A stretch of 63,530 nucleotides of DNA, filler included, from Craspedostauros australis (taxonomy: Eukaryota), in assembly GCA_030167865.1 (NCBI GenBank). It is 9 parts of 9 records of this genome, joined end to end, with 100 filler letters (N's around TTAATTAATTAA, not from the genome) between each part and the next. Parts side by side here need not be neighbours in the genome. Positions count along the whole stretch, not along the records: positions 5,651 to 36,900 come from JALAGF010003925.1; positions 37,001 to 45,239 come from JALAGF010003926.1; positions 45,340 to 49,857 come from JALAGF010003927.1; 6 more parts are not named here. One strand, 5' to 3'. The notes beneath the pieces were generated by a model that was not told the DNA's origin, did not search any database, and saw only the letters and a list, made by a program, of their open reading frames with translations. Both the position numbers and the translations under genes were made by a program. The first letter of the stretch is position 1, and the number at the start of each line of letters is the position of its first letter. Shown here piece after piece: positions 34,471 to 45,397 of the stretch.

Positions 34471-35478
34471 AGTGAAATACTCCACCACCAGTTTCTCGTG
34501 AAATATAATGGTGAGGAATTCATGGCACGGTGCTGCCATCTGGTCCGAATAGGTCGTAGATGCCAAAAAGAAACGAAACCGAGATTGTCATCATAATTTC
34601 AACAGAAATTCAGTTGCTCCGATTCGATTATGTTCTTTGTTTGCAGCTTTGCGCATCTCGAGTATGGCTAGTGATAGCTGCAGTGTCTTCTCCGTCACAG
34701 CACCACATGCAAAGTGCTGTGCAGTTGAGAAAGGGATGTTGACTGAGCAGCGCAGCGCAGCATTTCGGCAACAATTTCGAAACAAGGAAGAGTGCTACTT
34801 GTATCGGTTCGTGATGGAAGGGCATGACGGGCATCATGTCTCTTGTGTTCTTTCGCATCGGTCCCTGCTGCCAATCCCTCCTCACGATGCGGGAACAATC
34901 ACGAGAGCCCTCTCGCCGTTGCAGTTCGTAGATGATCATCCAAGCCAACAGGATCGGAAGTTCTCAGAGGTCCACAAGTGACCAACCCTGCCCGTTTTCG
35001 CGATGTGGACTTTTGCGTTCGCAAACACAGAGTCATTGATGAACTTAATTATGCCACCAGTCACGGTATTCGTTGGATTGGTTTGGATCGTCAGGACGCT
35101 CCATGGTACAAGATCCAAGGGTTCACAACGCCAACAGGACGTGACTGCAAAGATCTCGACAGCTGGCGGTGTCGGCGCTTCGGGGACGAAAGTTCGCCTC
35201 TCTTTCGGGCACAACACAATGTTCTCCGCTGTGTTGGCAACATCCCGCCCGAGGAACATCACGCACCACCACAGAGAGGATCACTTGCTCCGCTTCCTCA
35301 TGCTCCTCCTTGATGCAGATCACGTTGGGCCAACAAAAATGCCGAAAAGCGCGGACTTGATCAGACCATCTCAAGGAGGCGAAGGCAACTTGTTTGAACA
35401 CAAATCGTGGACACCCGCACTCCAGTGCAATCGATAAAGCATTGGCCGTTCTTCTCTTCCCTCAATCACAACGCTGGC

Positions 35479-36900
35479 ATGTTGATCATGAAGGCACTGT
35501 GGCAACTCGGCGCTGCTGCGCTATTTGTGGCGATGATCGCTGCGAGTGCAGTCCCAGCAGCAAGTGCCATGGGGAATACAACGGTGAGTCACATGGATCA
35601 TCGCACTCATTGCCCTCTGGTGGCCTTCACTGACGTCTTCCATGTTGGGTTCTTCGCCTGCTGAATCCGTACCATACGTCCATTCGTTCGTATGCATGTG
35701 TGTAGCATGTATGTATGCTCGCACTCACCCCGGACTATTCCGTCAAATCTTCTCTCTCTCGCTCGCTCGCTGTGTTCACGCTGCCTGTACTTGCGATCAT
35801 CACAACAAATCGGACGGAACGAATTCGCTCAATCGACTTGAACTCCAACGACTGTGCCCCTTACAACAACTACGATATCACGCTGCAGCATCCCACACCG
35901 GCACCGCTTTGCGATGAATGGAGATTCGCAGCCATTGACGGAGATCTCTTGAATCAAACCTCTCAATCTCTCAGATTCGATGTAGCGATTTTTGAAGACG
36001 TTCAAATCAACTCCATCAAAGTGTTTCTGGCTCCTGGATTTTCCAACATGCCATACAAGATCTTCTTTCATCCCGACATCTGGCAGGTGGAGACCGGGAA
36101 TTGGACTCAGATCGCCTCAGGCAACAATGGAGAAGTCGACTCTGATGGATTCACGGCCTCTCTTCCATTTGATTCGCCTCTGTCCTTTTCAGCGGATACT
36201 GGCTTGATTTCCTTTCGCATCGACATGGCAAACCGGCTGGTGAACTTCCGCGCGGACTTCCCGACTTTCCTCGGGCCGCCCATTGCAGACTGCCCGAATT
36301 GCCCGTTCGGAGTATCTGTGGGACTTGCCAGCGCGGAAGTTGATGGCAATCTATCCAGCATCGTTCCAGATGTTCTATTCGCCTTTCCGGGGGTGCTCGA
36401 ATTCTGTCGCGGCCTCGCCAGTGCGACGCCAACCGAATCCCTCTCCATCACAGCATCGCCGACAGCCTTGGCATCTGTCGCTCCGACCGTGGCGCCGACA
36501 GCTACTTGTCGAAGCGGGGAGGCAGTGGGCCTGCCTCGGCCGTTCTTTATCGACCAAGTGGAATCGCAGCGATTCGATATTGAGGTGCTGGACACGGTCG
36601 AGATCACTGGCATGGGACTTGCTCTATCCACCGTGGGTAATCAACCATATTCCATCTTCTACCGTCTCAGTCCATGGGATGCGCCTGGTGTCTGGACGAA
36701 GATTGCATCCGGAACCATCGAGGCGAGAGGCATCGACGAGTTCACAGATGTGATCACGTTTGATCCACCACTGTCTTTTTCAGCAAGCGATGGCGTGGTC
36801 GCCATCCGCATCGACACTCGCACAAACCAATTGGGGGATATTGCGACCAGCATTGAGCCAATCCCGTCAGATTGGTTCGACTGCCAGAACTGCCCATTCA
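35479..36900 (+). CDS. Secreted protein with tandem beta-sandwich-like domains and PT/AP-rich linkers; exons 35479-35583 and 35889->36900 (truncated)
   Basis: Signal peptide; GTGAGT donor; first AG after a long AG-free tract at 35887-35888, in phase; two homologous domains (RFD…PY.IF…WT.IASG…FD.PLSFSA…DC.NCPF). Confidence 0.72.
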
Positions 36901-37000
36901 NNNNNNNNNNNNNNNNNNNNNNNNNNNNNNNNNNNNNNNNNNNNTTAATTAATTAANNNNNNNNNNNNNNNNNNNNNNNNNNNNNNNNNNNNNNNNNNNN
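36901..37000. other. Artificial contig linker
   Basis: 44N-TTAATTAATTAA-44N. Confidence 0.98.
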
Positions 37001-37255
37001 CCCGAAAAGATGGCACCAGCTTGTGCAGCATCATCGCATGCATGCCTGTCTGCGTCTTGTGTCTGCCAGTCTGTATTTGACTGTCTGTGTTTCTATGCGC
37101 CAGTCTCTTCTTTTTCGTCGGGAGGCATCAGCAGACACACGACACGACAGGGCATTTCACGCATGCTGCCTTCGTTGCGCGAGGGCGAGGCGGGGGCTCT
37201 GGCTGACCTATTGACTGCTCGTCTTTGATGGTTCGTGAGCCGAAGTGAACAATCT

Positions 37256-38938
37256 TCAATCCCATTCTTGCTTCAGCTTCTCCAACAGCTCATCCCACGA
37301 CTTCACTTCGTCAAACAACCGATCCATGTCAACACTGCAAAATTCGCGCTTTTCGTACGCGATGCGTTGGAACGATGCTCGATGCGCCGCTTCGCCATCA
37401 GGCGAGGCGTACAACTCTGGCATCCATTTCTTCTCGATGGCAAGTGACATGTCGAGAAAGTCTTGAAGTTCAGTTTTCGTCGGGCATTTGAGCGGAAGAT
37501 GAACCCTGGTCTTGTTGAGCGTTTCTCCGAAGTATTTTGCCAAATCGGTGGCCACCCCTGAGCGGATCTTGTTGGCCTGCATCTCCGCACTTATGATGCT
37601 GCGATTGGCAGCTTCGAACACAATTCCGTTGAAGGTGTACCATTCCATGTCGCGAACGTTCTGGTGACGATCCCGCTCCTTGTTTTGCTTAGTTTTGCAG
37701 GCCTTGGGAGCATCTGGGATAGCGTCACAGAGCAGCTGCTCGCTCAGATCGCGTTGGGAATAAAGATTCATGACGTGGACGGGGAAGCCTGCATTCCTCC
37801 ACATCTGAATGGCGCCATCCATGAAGATAAAGATGCCAGCAATCGTCACCTTCTCGTGCTGGCCGTTGGGAACCGTTGTATTGGATTCGACCCATTCCTG
37901 AATCATCTTCCAGGTGTCATCGTACGATTCCCCGCCATCAGAAGGCCATCGGCGGCACAGGGCGTCTCCCATCTGCGTCTTCATCCCGTTGTACTGCTTC
38001 ATGCTGCTGAGCATCCATTCGAAGGTACGCCTGTAAGTCACGACAAAGGACACGTTCCAATCTTGCAGCACGTGCTTGAAGACCCGAAAATAGAGCGGAT
38101 GAGTAAAGACCCCGCCTGCCTCCAAGAGCATCTTGTGAGACCACCGTTCGTCGCTGAGAATCAGAGACAAGCCGTCGTTTTTCAATGCGCGCAGCACCAT
38201 TCTCGTGTTTTTCATGCATCGCGGGAGCGCCGGCGAATACAAGAAAGCGGAAACATCCGTGTTGCTTGAGTTCGTGGATAGTATCCGATTCTCTTCCTCT
38301 TGCAGGACGGTGGCCGAACGGGACATGCAGCTTTCGTCGAATAGATTGTTGGCGTTCCGCATCTCGAGGCCTTGGTACAATTCTCTCGCGTGGCCTTTTC
38401 CAACGTAGGTGTAATTATCTTTGGCAAGGTCGTGGAAGGTTTGCAGATACTGCATGCGACGTTGGAGAGTCGTGGAGGCCGTCTTGGATGGTCCGACGTG
38501 GACGATGAGACGTGGCATCGTGCTCGCTGGTGCGGATGTCGCTCGTGGATGAGTAGGAGCAGCAGTGGCCGGTGCCGGTTCCATCGTGTTCATCGCCGAG
38601 ACTTCGTGCACCTCAATGGGCATCCCCGCCTCCATCTCCGCGATGGGATCTTCCGGAGGAATGGAGTCGGGGCCCCAGTACAGAATGGATGACATGAAAA
38701 ACATGGATATTTGGAACAGCACGAGGAGGACGAGGAGCTTCGTCGTCGGCCGAGTCCGCTGCGGCGTGCCTTCGTTTCCATTGCTTGGGCGATGTCCACC
38801 GACCGTTGTATTCGTTCGAATGGGATTGATTTTGTTGTTGGTGCTGATGCTGCTGCTTGTTCTGATTTTGTTGCTGTTGTTGCCACTGTCGCTCCCGATG
38901 CTGCCGCGAGCGTCGGCTTTCGTCGCAGCATGATTCAT
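37256..38938 (-). CDS. Type II membrane sulfotransferase-like protein, paralogue of 5842-7710
   Basis: TM, LIVHVGPSKTASTTLQ, VTYRRTFEWMLS; C-terminus closely similar to the paralogue (WMPE…SPDGEAAHR…KRE.C.VDM.RLF). Confidence 0.7.
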   Translation of the reverse strand: MNHAATKADARGSIGSDSGNNSNKIRTSSSISTNNKINPIRTNTTVGGHRPSNGNEGTPQRTRPTTKLLVLLVLFQISMFFMSSILYWGPDSIPPEDPIAEMEAGMPIEVHEVSAMNTMEPAPATAAPTHPRATSAPASTMPRLIVHVGPSKTASTTLQRRMQYLQTFHDLAKDNYTYVGKGHARELYQGLEMRNANNLFDESCMSRSATVLQEEENRILSTNSSNTDVSAFLYSPALPRCMKNTRMVLRALKNDGLSLILSDERWSHKMLLEAGGVFTHPLYFRVFKHVLQDWNVSFVVTYRRTFEWMLSSMKQYNGMKTQMGDALCRRWPSDGGESYDDTWKMIQEWVESNTTVPNGQHEKVTIAGIFIFMDGAIQMWRNAGFPVHVMNLYSQRDLSEQLLCDAIPDAPKACKTKQNKERDRHQNVRDMEWYTFNGIVFEAANRSIISAEMQANKIRSGVATDLAKYFGETLNKTRVHLPLKCPTKTELQDFLDMSLAIEKKWMPELYASPDGEAAHRASFQRIAYEKREFCSVDMDRLFDEVKSWDELLEKLKQEWD

Positions 38939-39388
38939 GCTCTCTGCCACCCTTCTCGCTTTCGTTCACTGCGCGAATACCAGTGCGTCGGGGTGCTTCA
39001 GGGTGGGCGCGGATGGATGATCGCCTGCTTCACAATTCTTCACTTCACCTTGCGTCGCGTGGATCTGCTCTGCTCTGTGTTACATGCATATGTGGTGGGA
39101 GATGCCAACGGCAGAAGTCACGAAGGGATTGAACACGCGATGATCGGCGTCTGGGTGGGTGGAGAAGTTTGTATAATACTCAATGATACAATACTATATG
39201 CTTGTACAATGCCAAGAACGAGATGAAGGCGACAGACAAAGCACAATGACATCGTGTGGATTGCTTGTGGTGGGCTTTGTCTGTGGTGGGTTGGTTGGGT
39301 GGAGCGAGTTGGGCAGGATCTTGTTTTGTCCGTTCAACAGCTCTCTATGTTATCAACATCACGCATTCCGCCTGTCGCGCGTTGTATC

Positions 39389-39530
39389 TGTTGGTATACG
39401 GTCGAAGGCCAGACGGAGCAGCAAATGAACCCCTGTTCACAGCCTCAGCAGAGACAACAGAGACGAGTCATAATAACTTCACATCACACACACACACACA
39501 CACTACTCGTATCGTCTCCCGATCATCACA
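39389..39530 (+). repeat. Putative 5' LTR (~142 bp, TGTTGG…ATCACA)
   Basis: TG…CA ends directly before a PBS-like motif; no second LTR available to confirm. Confidence 0.45.
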
Positions 39531-39539
39531 GGTTATGAG
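39531..39539 (+). promoter_or_regulatory. Putative primer-binding site GGTTATGAG (complementary to the initiator tRNA-Met anticodon arm)
   Basis: Directly follows CA; same type as the internal-tRNAiMet PBS of Ty5/copia; only a 9-nt match. Confidence 0.6.
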
Positions 39540-39669
39540 GAAATACGCTTGTACTATATAAGACAATCCCCATTGCTTCGTCACCCTCTCTGTATTTTGG
39601 AAATCCCCATCCAAACGCAGCTCATCTCATCTCTCTCTTTGCTCAACGCCTCGTTCCGTCATCGCCATC

Positions 39670-41328
39670 ATGCCCACGAGTGACAACCCCAACAAAACTC
39701 CATTCCACGACACAGAGGAACTCTTCCGTCGCCTCAATTGGACATGGCTCGCTGACTTCTCCAAGCATTCCAAAATCGCCTCTGACGGTGAATTCGCTGA
39801 CTTCCTCAATACCTCTGAAGAGGAGTTCGAGACTGTCTTGGACGGCTGGAAGTCTGGATCCATCACTCGTTGTTTTGGACTCCGCAATCTTCGCGCATAC
39901 GCGGAAGCAAACCCTGATTTCAACGCGTGGTTCACCACACTGGAACGCCCTGTACTCCGCACATTCGGCAAGGCCAAAAAGCCTCCTGCAGTTCGCGACA
40001 AGACTTCCCCTGAAGACCATGGTGCCTCTGGTACCCTTGCATCTGGCGGTGCCGCCGACGATGCCCATCCCTCCGAACATGGTGATGCCTCTACACCCTG
40101 CAGTGACACGCCCGTCGCAACCGCAGGCCGTGGTGTTGGCACCAGCGATGCTCCTCTTGATGTTGGTGAAGAACCAGCGCACACCGTCGACTTCATCACC
40201 GGCTCTGGCCTTACCTACGCCATGGCACGCAACAACCCTGCCACTCTCCCTCATTTTCACTTCGAGGAGGTTCCCATGGTCACGGAGCCTTCGTATGCCG
40301 CCATTGGCTACTGGCAACGCTGGGAACTGAAGCTTGCTGGGGACGCGCCTGCTGGAGTACTCAAGTGGTACACACAACTCCAAGCCGAGGCTGCTGGTGT
40401 GGACATCCACATCTGTCCACTTTCCGCGTTCAGTCCTCAGTGCTCCATCATTCCGCGCAACGCTTCACACGAGCGTGTCATCCGCGCCGGCGAGTGGCTG
40501 AACAAGAAGTTACAGCAGAAGGACATCCTCGATCTGAGCGACCCTGCCATCTCCCTATTCTATTCTGGGACTTTTGGCATGTCGCCACATCACTTGTCGT
40601 CCTTCCTTTTCCTTCATCAAGTGCTCTCCGACGCGTACATGCATGTCGCCAACACCGTCAGCCAAGCACCTGAGTATGGCGATTCACAGGATGTCATCAA
40701 GTTCGCCATGGCGTTATTGGAGTTCCAACAAACTGAGAGCGTCATTCACTGTTGCACGATCACTGATGTGGAGCTCTCCCGCCGGTTCCTTGAAGGTCTT
40801 CGCTCTCACCACATGCCTGTGGAACACCATATCACGTCTCTGTCCCTGGTACCAGGCAACAAGCGCGTGCCACCTCACCTCCACGTGTCGGCCCTTGCCC
40901 GTACCATCCAAGGAGATCCCACTGCCGCGACGTCCAATGTTGGCCACCATGTGCAAACACGTTCGTCTGGGAAGTCTGGTGGTGACGGTAAGCGCGGCGA
41001 GTGCAAGCGATCCAAGTTCTATCAACCAGACAAGGATGCGTTCTGTTCTGCATGCCACCGCAAGGGACATCATGCGCGCAGCTGCCTTCCATGGGCACGT
41101 GATCTGCATTTCGCGGAGCTCCGTGAGTCAGAACCTGACCTTGCTGCGAAGGTTCTCAAGACATACAAGGAGGTATACTCCAGCGAGCGTGCAAGCACAG
41201 TTGCCAGGGCTATCGCTCTTGTCCATCATGGGCGTGACTCAGCGAGTGAGGACGGCGACAGTGGCAGCGATGACGAGCGCACGGCGCAGATCCTGTTCCA
41301 GGATTTTGTTCTTGCCGGCCGGAAGTAG
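39670..41328 (+). CDS. gag: Copia gag
   Basis: 552-aa ORF upstream of pol; CX2CX4HX4C knuckle CSACHRKGHHARSC. Confidence 0.88.
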   Translation: MPTSDNPNKTPFHDTEELFRRLNWTWLADFSKHSKIASDGEFADFLNTSEEEFETVLDGWKSGSITRCFGLRNLRAYAEANPDFNAWFTTLERPVLRTFGKAKKPPAVRDKTSPEDHGASGTLASGGAADDAHPSEHGDASTPCSDTPVATAGRGVGTSDAPLDVGEEPAHTVDFITGSGLTYAMARNNPATLPHFHFEEVPMVTEPSYAAIGYWQRWELKLAGDAPAGVLKWYTQLQAEAAGVDIHICPLSAFSPQCSIIPRNASHERVIRAGEWLNKKLQQKDILDLSDPAISLFYSGTFGMSPHHLSSFLFLHQVLSDAYMHVANTVSQAPEYGDSQDVIKFAMALLEFQQTESVIHCCTITDVELSRRFLEGLRSHHMPVEHHITSLSLVPGNKRVPPHLHVSALARTIQGDPTAATSNVGHHVQTRSSGKSGGDGKRGECKRSKFYQPDKDAFCSACHRKGHHARSCLPWARDLHFAELRESEPDLAAKVLKTYKEVYSSERASTVARAIALVHHGRDSASEDGDSGSDDERTAQILFQDFVLAGRK

Positions 41329-41364
41329 AGCGACTCTCCGGTGAACGGCTACTACCCGTTGCTT
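41301..41364 (+). promoter_or_regulatory. Candidate -1 frameshift signal (G_GAT_TTT + stem/pseudoknot), copy 2
   Basis: Heptamer 41301-41307 in the gag frame, shortly before the gag stop; structure conserved with copy 1. Confidence 0.75.
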
Positions 41365-44300
41365 GCCCATGCGGGATGCAAAAAGGCACGCCCACCAGCG
41401 TTGCATCTCCGCTGCAAACTGTCTCACCCCAAGTGCAAATCACGGGACCGGATCGTTTCATGACGTCAACGACAGTCCCGCTCTGTGCAAATGCACTTGC
41501 AGGGTCTCACAACGGCGAATGGCGCCACTGAATCCATGGTCAGTGTGATCTTGGTGCCAACGTTTGCGCGACTCCACATGCGCGTCTCCTATGTGGCTAT
41601 ACCACATTTACTACTCCTTCCAGCCTTGAAGCAGCGGACTCATCTTCGCCTGCTATGGAGTGCCCGGGAGAAGGGTACATGCGGCTATCCTGTGGCGACG
41701 GCGCGCATATTTCGGTGCACACTCTTCTGTGCCCACGACTGGCTGATACGCTTGTGTCGCCACAGTCCATCATCAGACAGCGTGACAACCCATACACCAG
41801 CTTTGGCATCGAATCCACCCAGCACAGTGCTCACATCGTCTTCAAGTCTCCGGATAACAATCTTCGAGTGCCGCTGTACATTCGCAACGGTCTGTACTTC
41901 TTTGGAGGCGTTTGTCCACAAGCCATGACCTTGAGGCAGGCCTCACCTACACTCCTGTCGGAACTTTGGCATCTACGACTTGGGCATGTGGGCATGGCAC
42001 AGCTGCAAAAGCTTTCCAAGTGCTCCACTGGTATTCCGGCGTCTGTTACAAAGCACATTCACCCACTTCGACACTGTGACACGTGCAGCAAGGCAAGATA
42101 TCAACATGCCACACGCGGCCCCAATGACACGGCCACAGCCAACGTTGCTGGCGCTAGATTCCATGTCGATTTTGGGTTCATGAGAGCCACTGACGATGCG
42201 TACGGCCAACGCAAGAAGTCCCAAGGCGCTCAACGAGTCATCCACTCCGTCGATGGATTCTGCGCATACCTTCTTGTGGTCGATGCATGTACATGCTATG
42301 TATGGGTGTTTCTTACCAAGGACAAATCACCGCCCATCATGGCTGTACGGCAAACCCTGACTACTTTTGGGCGCCGTGAAGGGTATCGTGCGGTTCGTGT
42401 CGACTTGGGCGGTGAGCTGGCCAGGTCCAGTCAGTTTGGTACCATGGTCTAGGAGTGTGGATACAACGTTGAACCTACTGGAGCAGATTGCGCATGGATG
42501 AATGGGAAAGTGGAACGGTTGAACAAGACCTTTGGCACCATGGTGAGGGCGTTACTTTACTCGTCCGGGCTCACGCCTGACTTCTGGTCCAAGGCATTGA
42601 CTCATGCGGTGTACCTCAAGAATTGACTTCATCACTCCACACTTGGACGAACGCCGTATGAGGCTCAACATGGTGTCGCACCAGACCTCAGCCACCTCCG
42701 TGTGTTTGGTGCACGAGTCACTGTGAAGAAGCCCGGCAAGGCAGCCGCAAAGCTCGACATTCATACATACGATGGCATCTTCGTTGGTCACACAGCTACG
42801 ACGTCAGTGCATGAGTACTACGATCTCAACACTGGAAGATTCAAGCGGGCTGGCAACATTGTCTTTGATGAGGCGCACTACATGTCGTCCAACCGACCTC
42901 CAGGGCCAGCGTTGCTGTACGATCTGGGACTTCCAACGCCTGCTGTGGAGCCAACGCCAAACAAGATCCTTACTAAGCCCGTGTACCCCACCATCGTCAC
43001 AAGGAATGCCAAGATTCCGGCAACAGCGTGTGCAATACCCCTTCCGTTGGGAGACATTCTCGATCATTCGCATGTCCATGCTTCTGCTGCAAGGTGCGCA
43101 GAGACTGGTCAAGTCGATATCGTGCATGTTGACATGACCGACGAGCCGTTTGGGTATCCCTTCAGCCAGAGTGTGGACGTGCGTGGTACGGACGGCTTCC
43201 TTGGGTTTGAGTTTCGGTACGATGAGCAACGGCATCGACTTCAGCTTCAGCAGTGCAAGTCAGGTCAACCAGCTGCGCGTATCACGCGATGGCGGTCCAG
43301 GCTGCGCAAGGCACACCTCATTTCAATTCAAGGCCAACAGGTGCATACAGCCATGGATGCGCGGCAGGCCATACAGACCCTGCGTGATCAGCGTGTTACC
43401 ACTGCGGAGTTTGTGTTCGCATTCAATGACGTTCGCAACAACCTGTCTCAACATGGGGTTCCGCAGATGTACTTCGATCAGATGAAGCATGTACGAGATA
43501 TCATCGACACGTCCGTTCCCAAGGCACATGCCACCAGTGTCACCAATGCACCAGTCAAGCTCACTCGGCAAATGCTTCTACAGCAAGATGACTGGGAGCA
43601 GTGGCAGGCCGCAGAATTCAAGCAGCTGGACCAATACGACGCACAACAAATGTTTGGTGATCCTGTTCCAGCTCCTGCGGATGCCGCCGTCTTCAATTGG
43701 GTATGGGTCTATGTGATCAAGGCGCATGAGAATAATCGGAAGAAGGTGCGTGCTGTTTGTGATGGCTCTACCAGGGGAGGACATGCTCGCATATTTGGAC
43801 ACACCTATGCAGCTACGCCTGATTTGACGGAGTTCAGGATTCTCCTTGGCATCGCTGCAATACAACAGCTCAAGGTGTACAGCTCGGATGTCACGAACGC
43901 TTTTGCGGAAGCCCCTGCTGGCGAACAACAGTACTTCATGAAGGTGGATGAACCGTATCAAGCATGGTGGAAGCATAAACATGGCACCACTATTCCTCGC
44001 GGCCATGTCATCCCAGTCAACAAGAACCTTCAAGGTCATCCTGAAGCGCCTCGCCTCTGGAGCAAGCACATCACTGGCATCCTCCAACAAATCGGGTTCA
44101 CTTCGACAACCCATGCTCCTTGTTTGTACACTGGGGCCATTGGCCACAACAAGATCTACGTCCTACGTCAAGTGGATGACTTTGCGGTCACTGCTCCATC
44201 ACAGAGTGTCTTCGATACATTCTGCGACATGCTCGACAAGAACCTTTTCCAGCCCGTCACTCGACAGGGGCTTATGGTGCACTACAATGGACTCGACGTT

Positions 44301-45239
44301 GATCAAGCTCGACGGTTCGTGTGCATCTATTGCACATCCTACGTGGACAAGATGCTGGAACGCAACCAGTGGCAGAACATGCGGCACACCCACAGATTGC
44401 CTATGCTATCGGACAACTCGTATGTCAAGACTTTGGACAATGCTGACGTTCCAAATGATGACAAGGAGCGAGCCGCTCTGGCCACAAAGTTCAAGTTTGG
44501 GTACCACCAAGCCATCGGAGAACTCATATGGGCTATGATATCATGCCGTCCTGACATTTCTTTTCCCGTTGTCAAACTCTCTCAATTCTCAAACAATCCA
44601 GGTGAGGCTCACTTCGAAGCTGTCAAGTTCCTCATGCGGTATGTCGCAAGCACCAGAGACTATGGCATTACATACTGGCGACAAGCATCACTCGTCGATC
44701 TTCCCGATGTGCCGGCCCCAGCCAAGCTGTCACCTCCTGGCGATTCTACGCACGACGTCGATACCACGCGCCGGCTCGAGGCTTCTACGCTGTATGGGTA
44801 CGTCGACGCCGATTGGGGTGTTGATATACGTCACCGCCGGTCCGTGTCAGGCATCGTCATGATGTTTGCAGGTGGTGCCATCGCATGGAAGACCAGGGTT
44901 CAACCCACGGTCTCCATGAGCAGCACAGAGGCGGATTTTGTTGCAGCCAGTGATGCCGGCAAGATGGCTCTTTGGCTGCGATCGATTCTCCATGAAGTTG
45001 GCGTGACGCAACCGTTCGCAACCCCCATCTTCGAGGATAATCGCGGTGCCCGGCTGATGGCCAGTGCCAGTCAGCCCACTCGGAACTCAAGACACATAGC
45101 CATCCGAGAATTCGCGGTCCTCGATTGGGTCGAGACAGACCTTGTTGCCTACCCCGAGGTCTCCTCAGAGATGAACGCATCTGATATCTGCACGAAACAG
45201 ACACCCGTGGTCCTGTTCTTTCGGCACGTTGACCTAGTT
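41301..45239 (+). pseudogene. pol: Copia pol with three in-frame stops
   Basis: TGA 41529-31, TAG 42450-52 and TGA 42624-26 where copy 1 has CGG, CAG and CGA; RT RQVDDF; RNase H YVDADW…TEA…EDN…SDICTK. Confidence 0.9.
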
Positions 45240-45339
45240 NNNNNNNNNNNNNNNNNNNNNNNNNNNNNNNNNNNNNNNNNNNNTTAATTAATTAANNNNN
45301 NNNNNNNNNNNNNNNNNNNNNNNNNNNNNNNNNNNNNNN
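45240..45339. other. Artificial contig linker
   Basis: 44N-TTAATTAATTAA-44N. Confidence 0.98.
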
Positions 45340-45397
45340 TATAAAAACGAGGACCAGCAAAACAAAACAAGTAGAAACACGTAAAGATAGTACAAAG

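Larger units (their letters stand above)
39389..45239 (+). mobile_element. Ty1/Copia LTR retrotransposon (CoDi-like), copy 2: putative 5' LTR, PBS, gag, disrupted pol; 3' end cut by contig edge
   Basis: gag with CCHC knuckle, then PR-IN-RT-RH; colinear with copy 1; left boundary tentative. Confidence 0.92.

Noticed and set aside
34637..35437. Cluster of short ORFs that looks coding-like
   Set aside because: No frame gives a recognisable protein; could be a decayed gene but unsupported
41326..41334. Stop-codon readthrough as the gag-pol mechanism
   Set aside because: pol is in the -1 frame relative to gag in both copies, and the TAG lacks a CARYYA readthrough context
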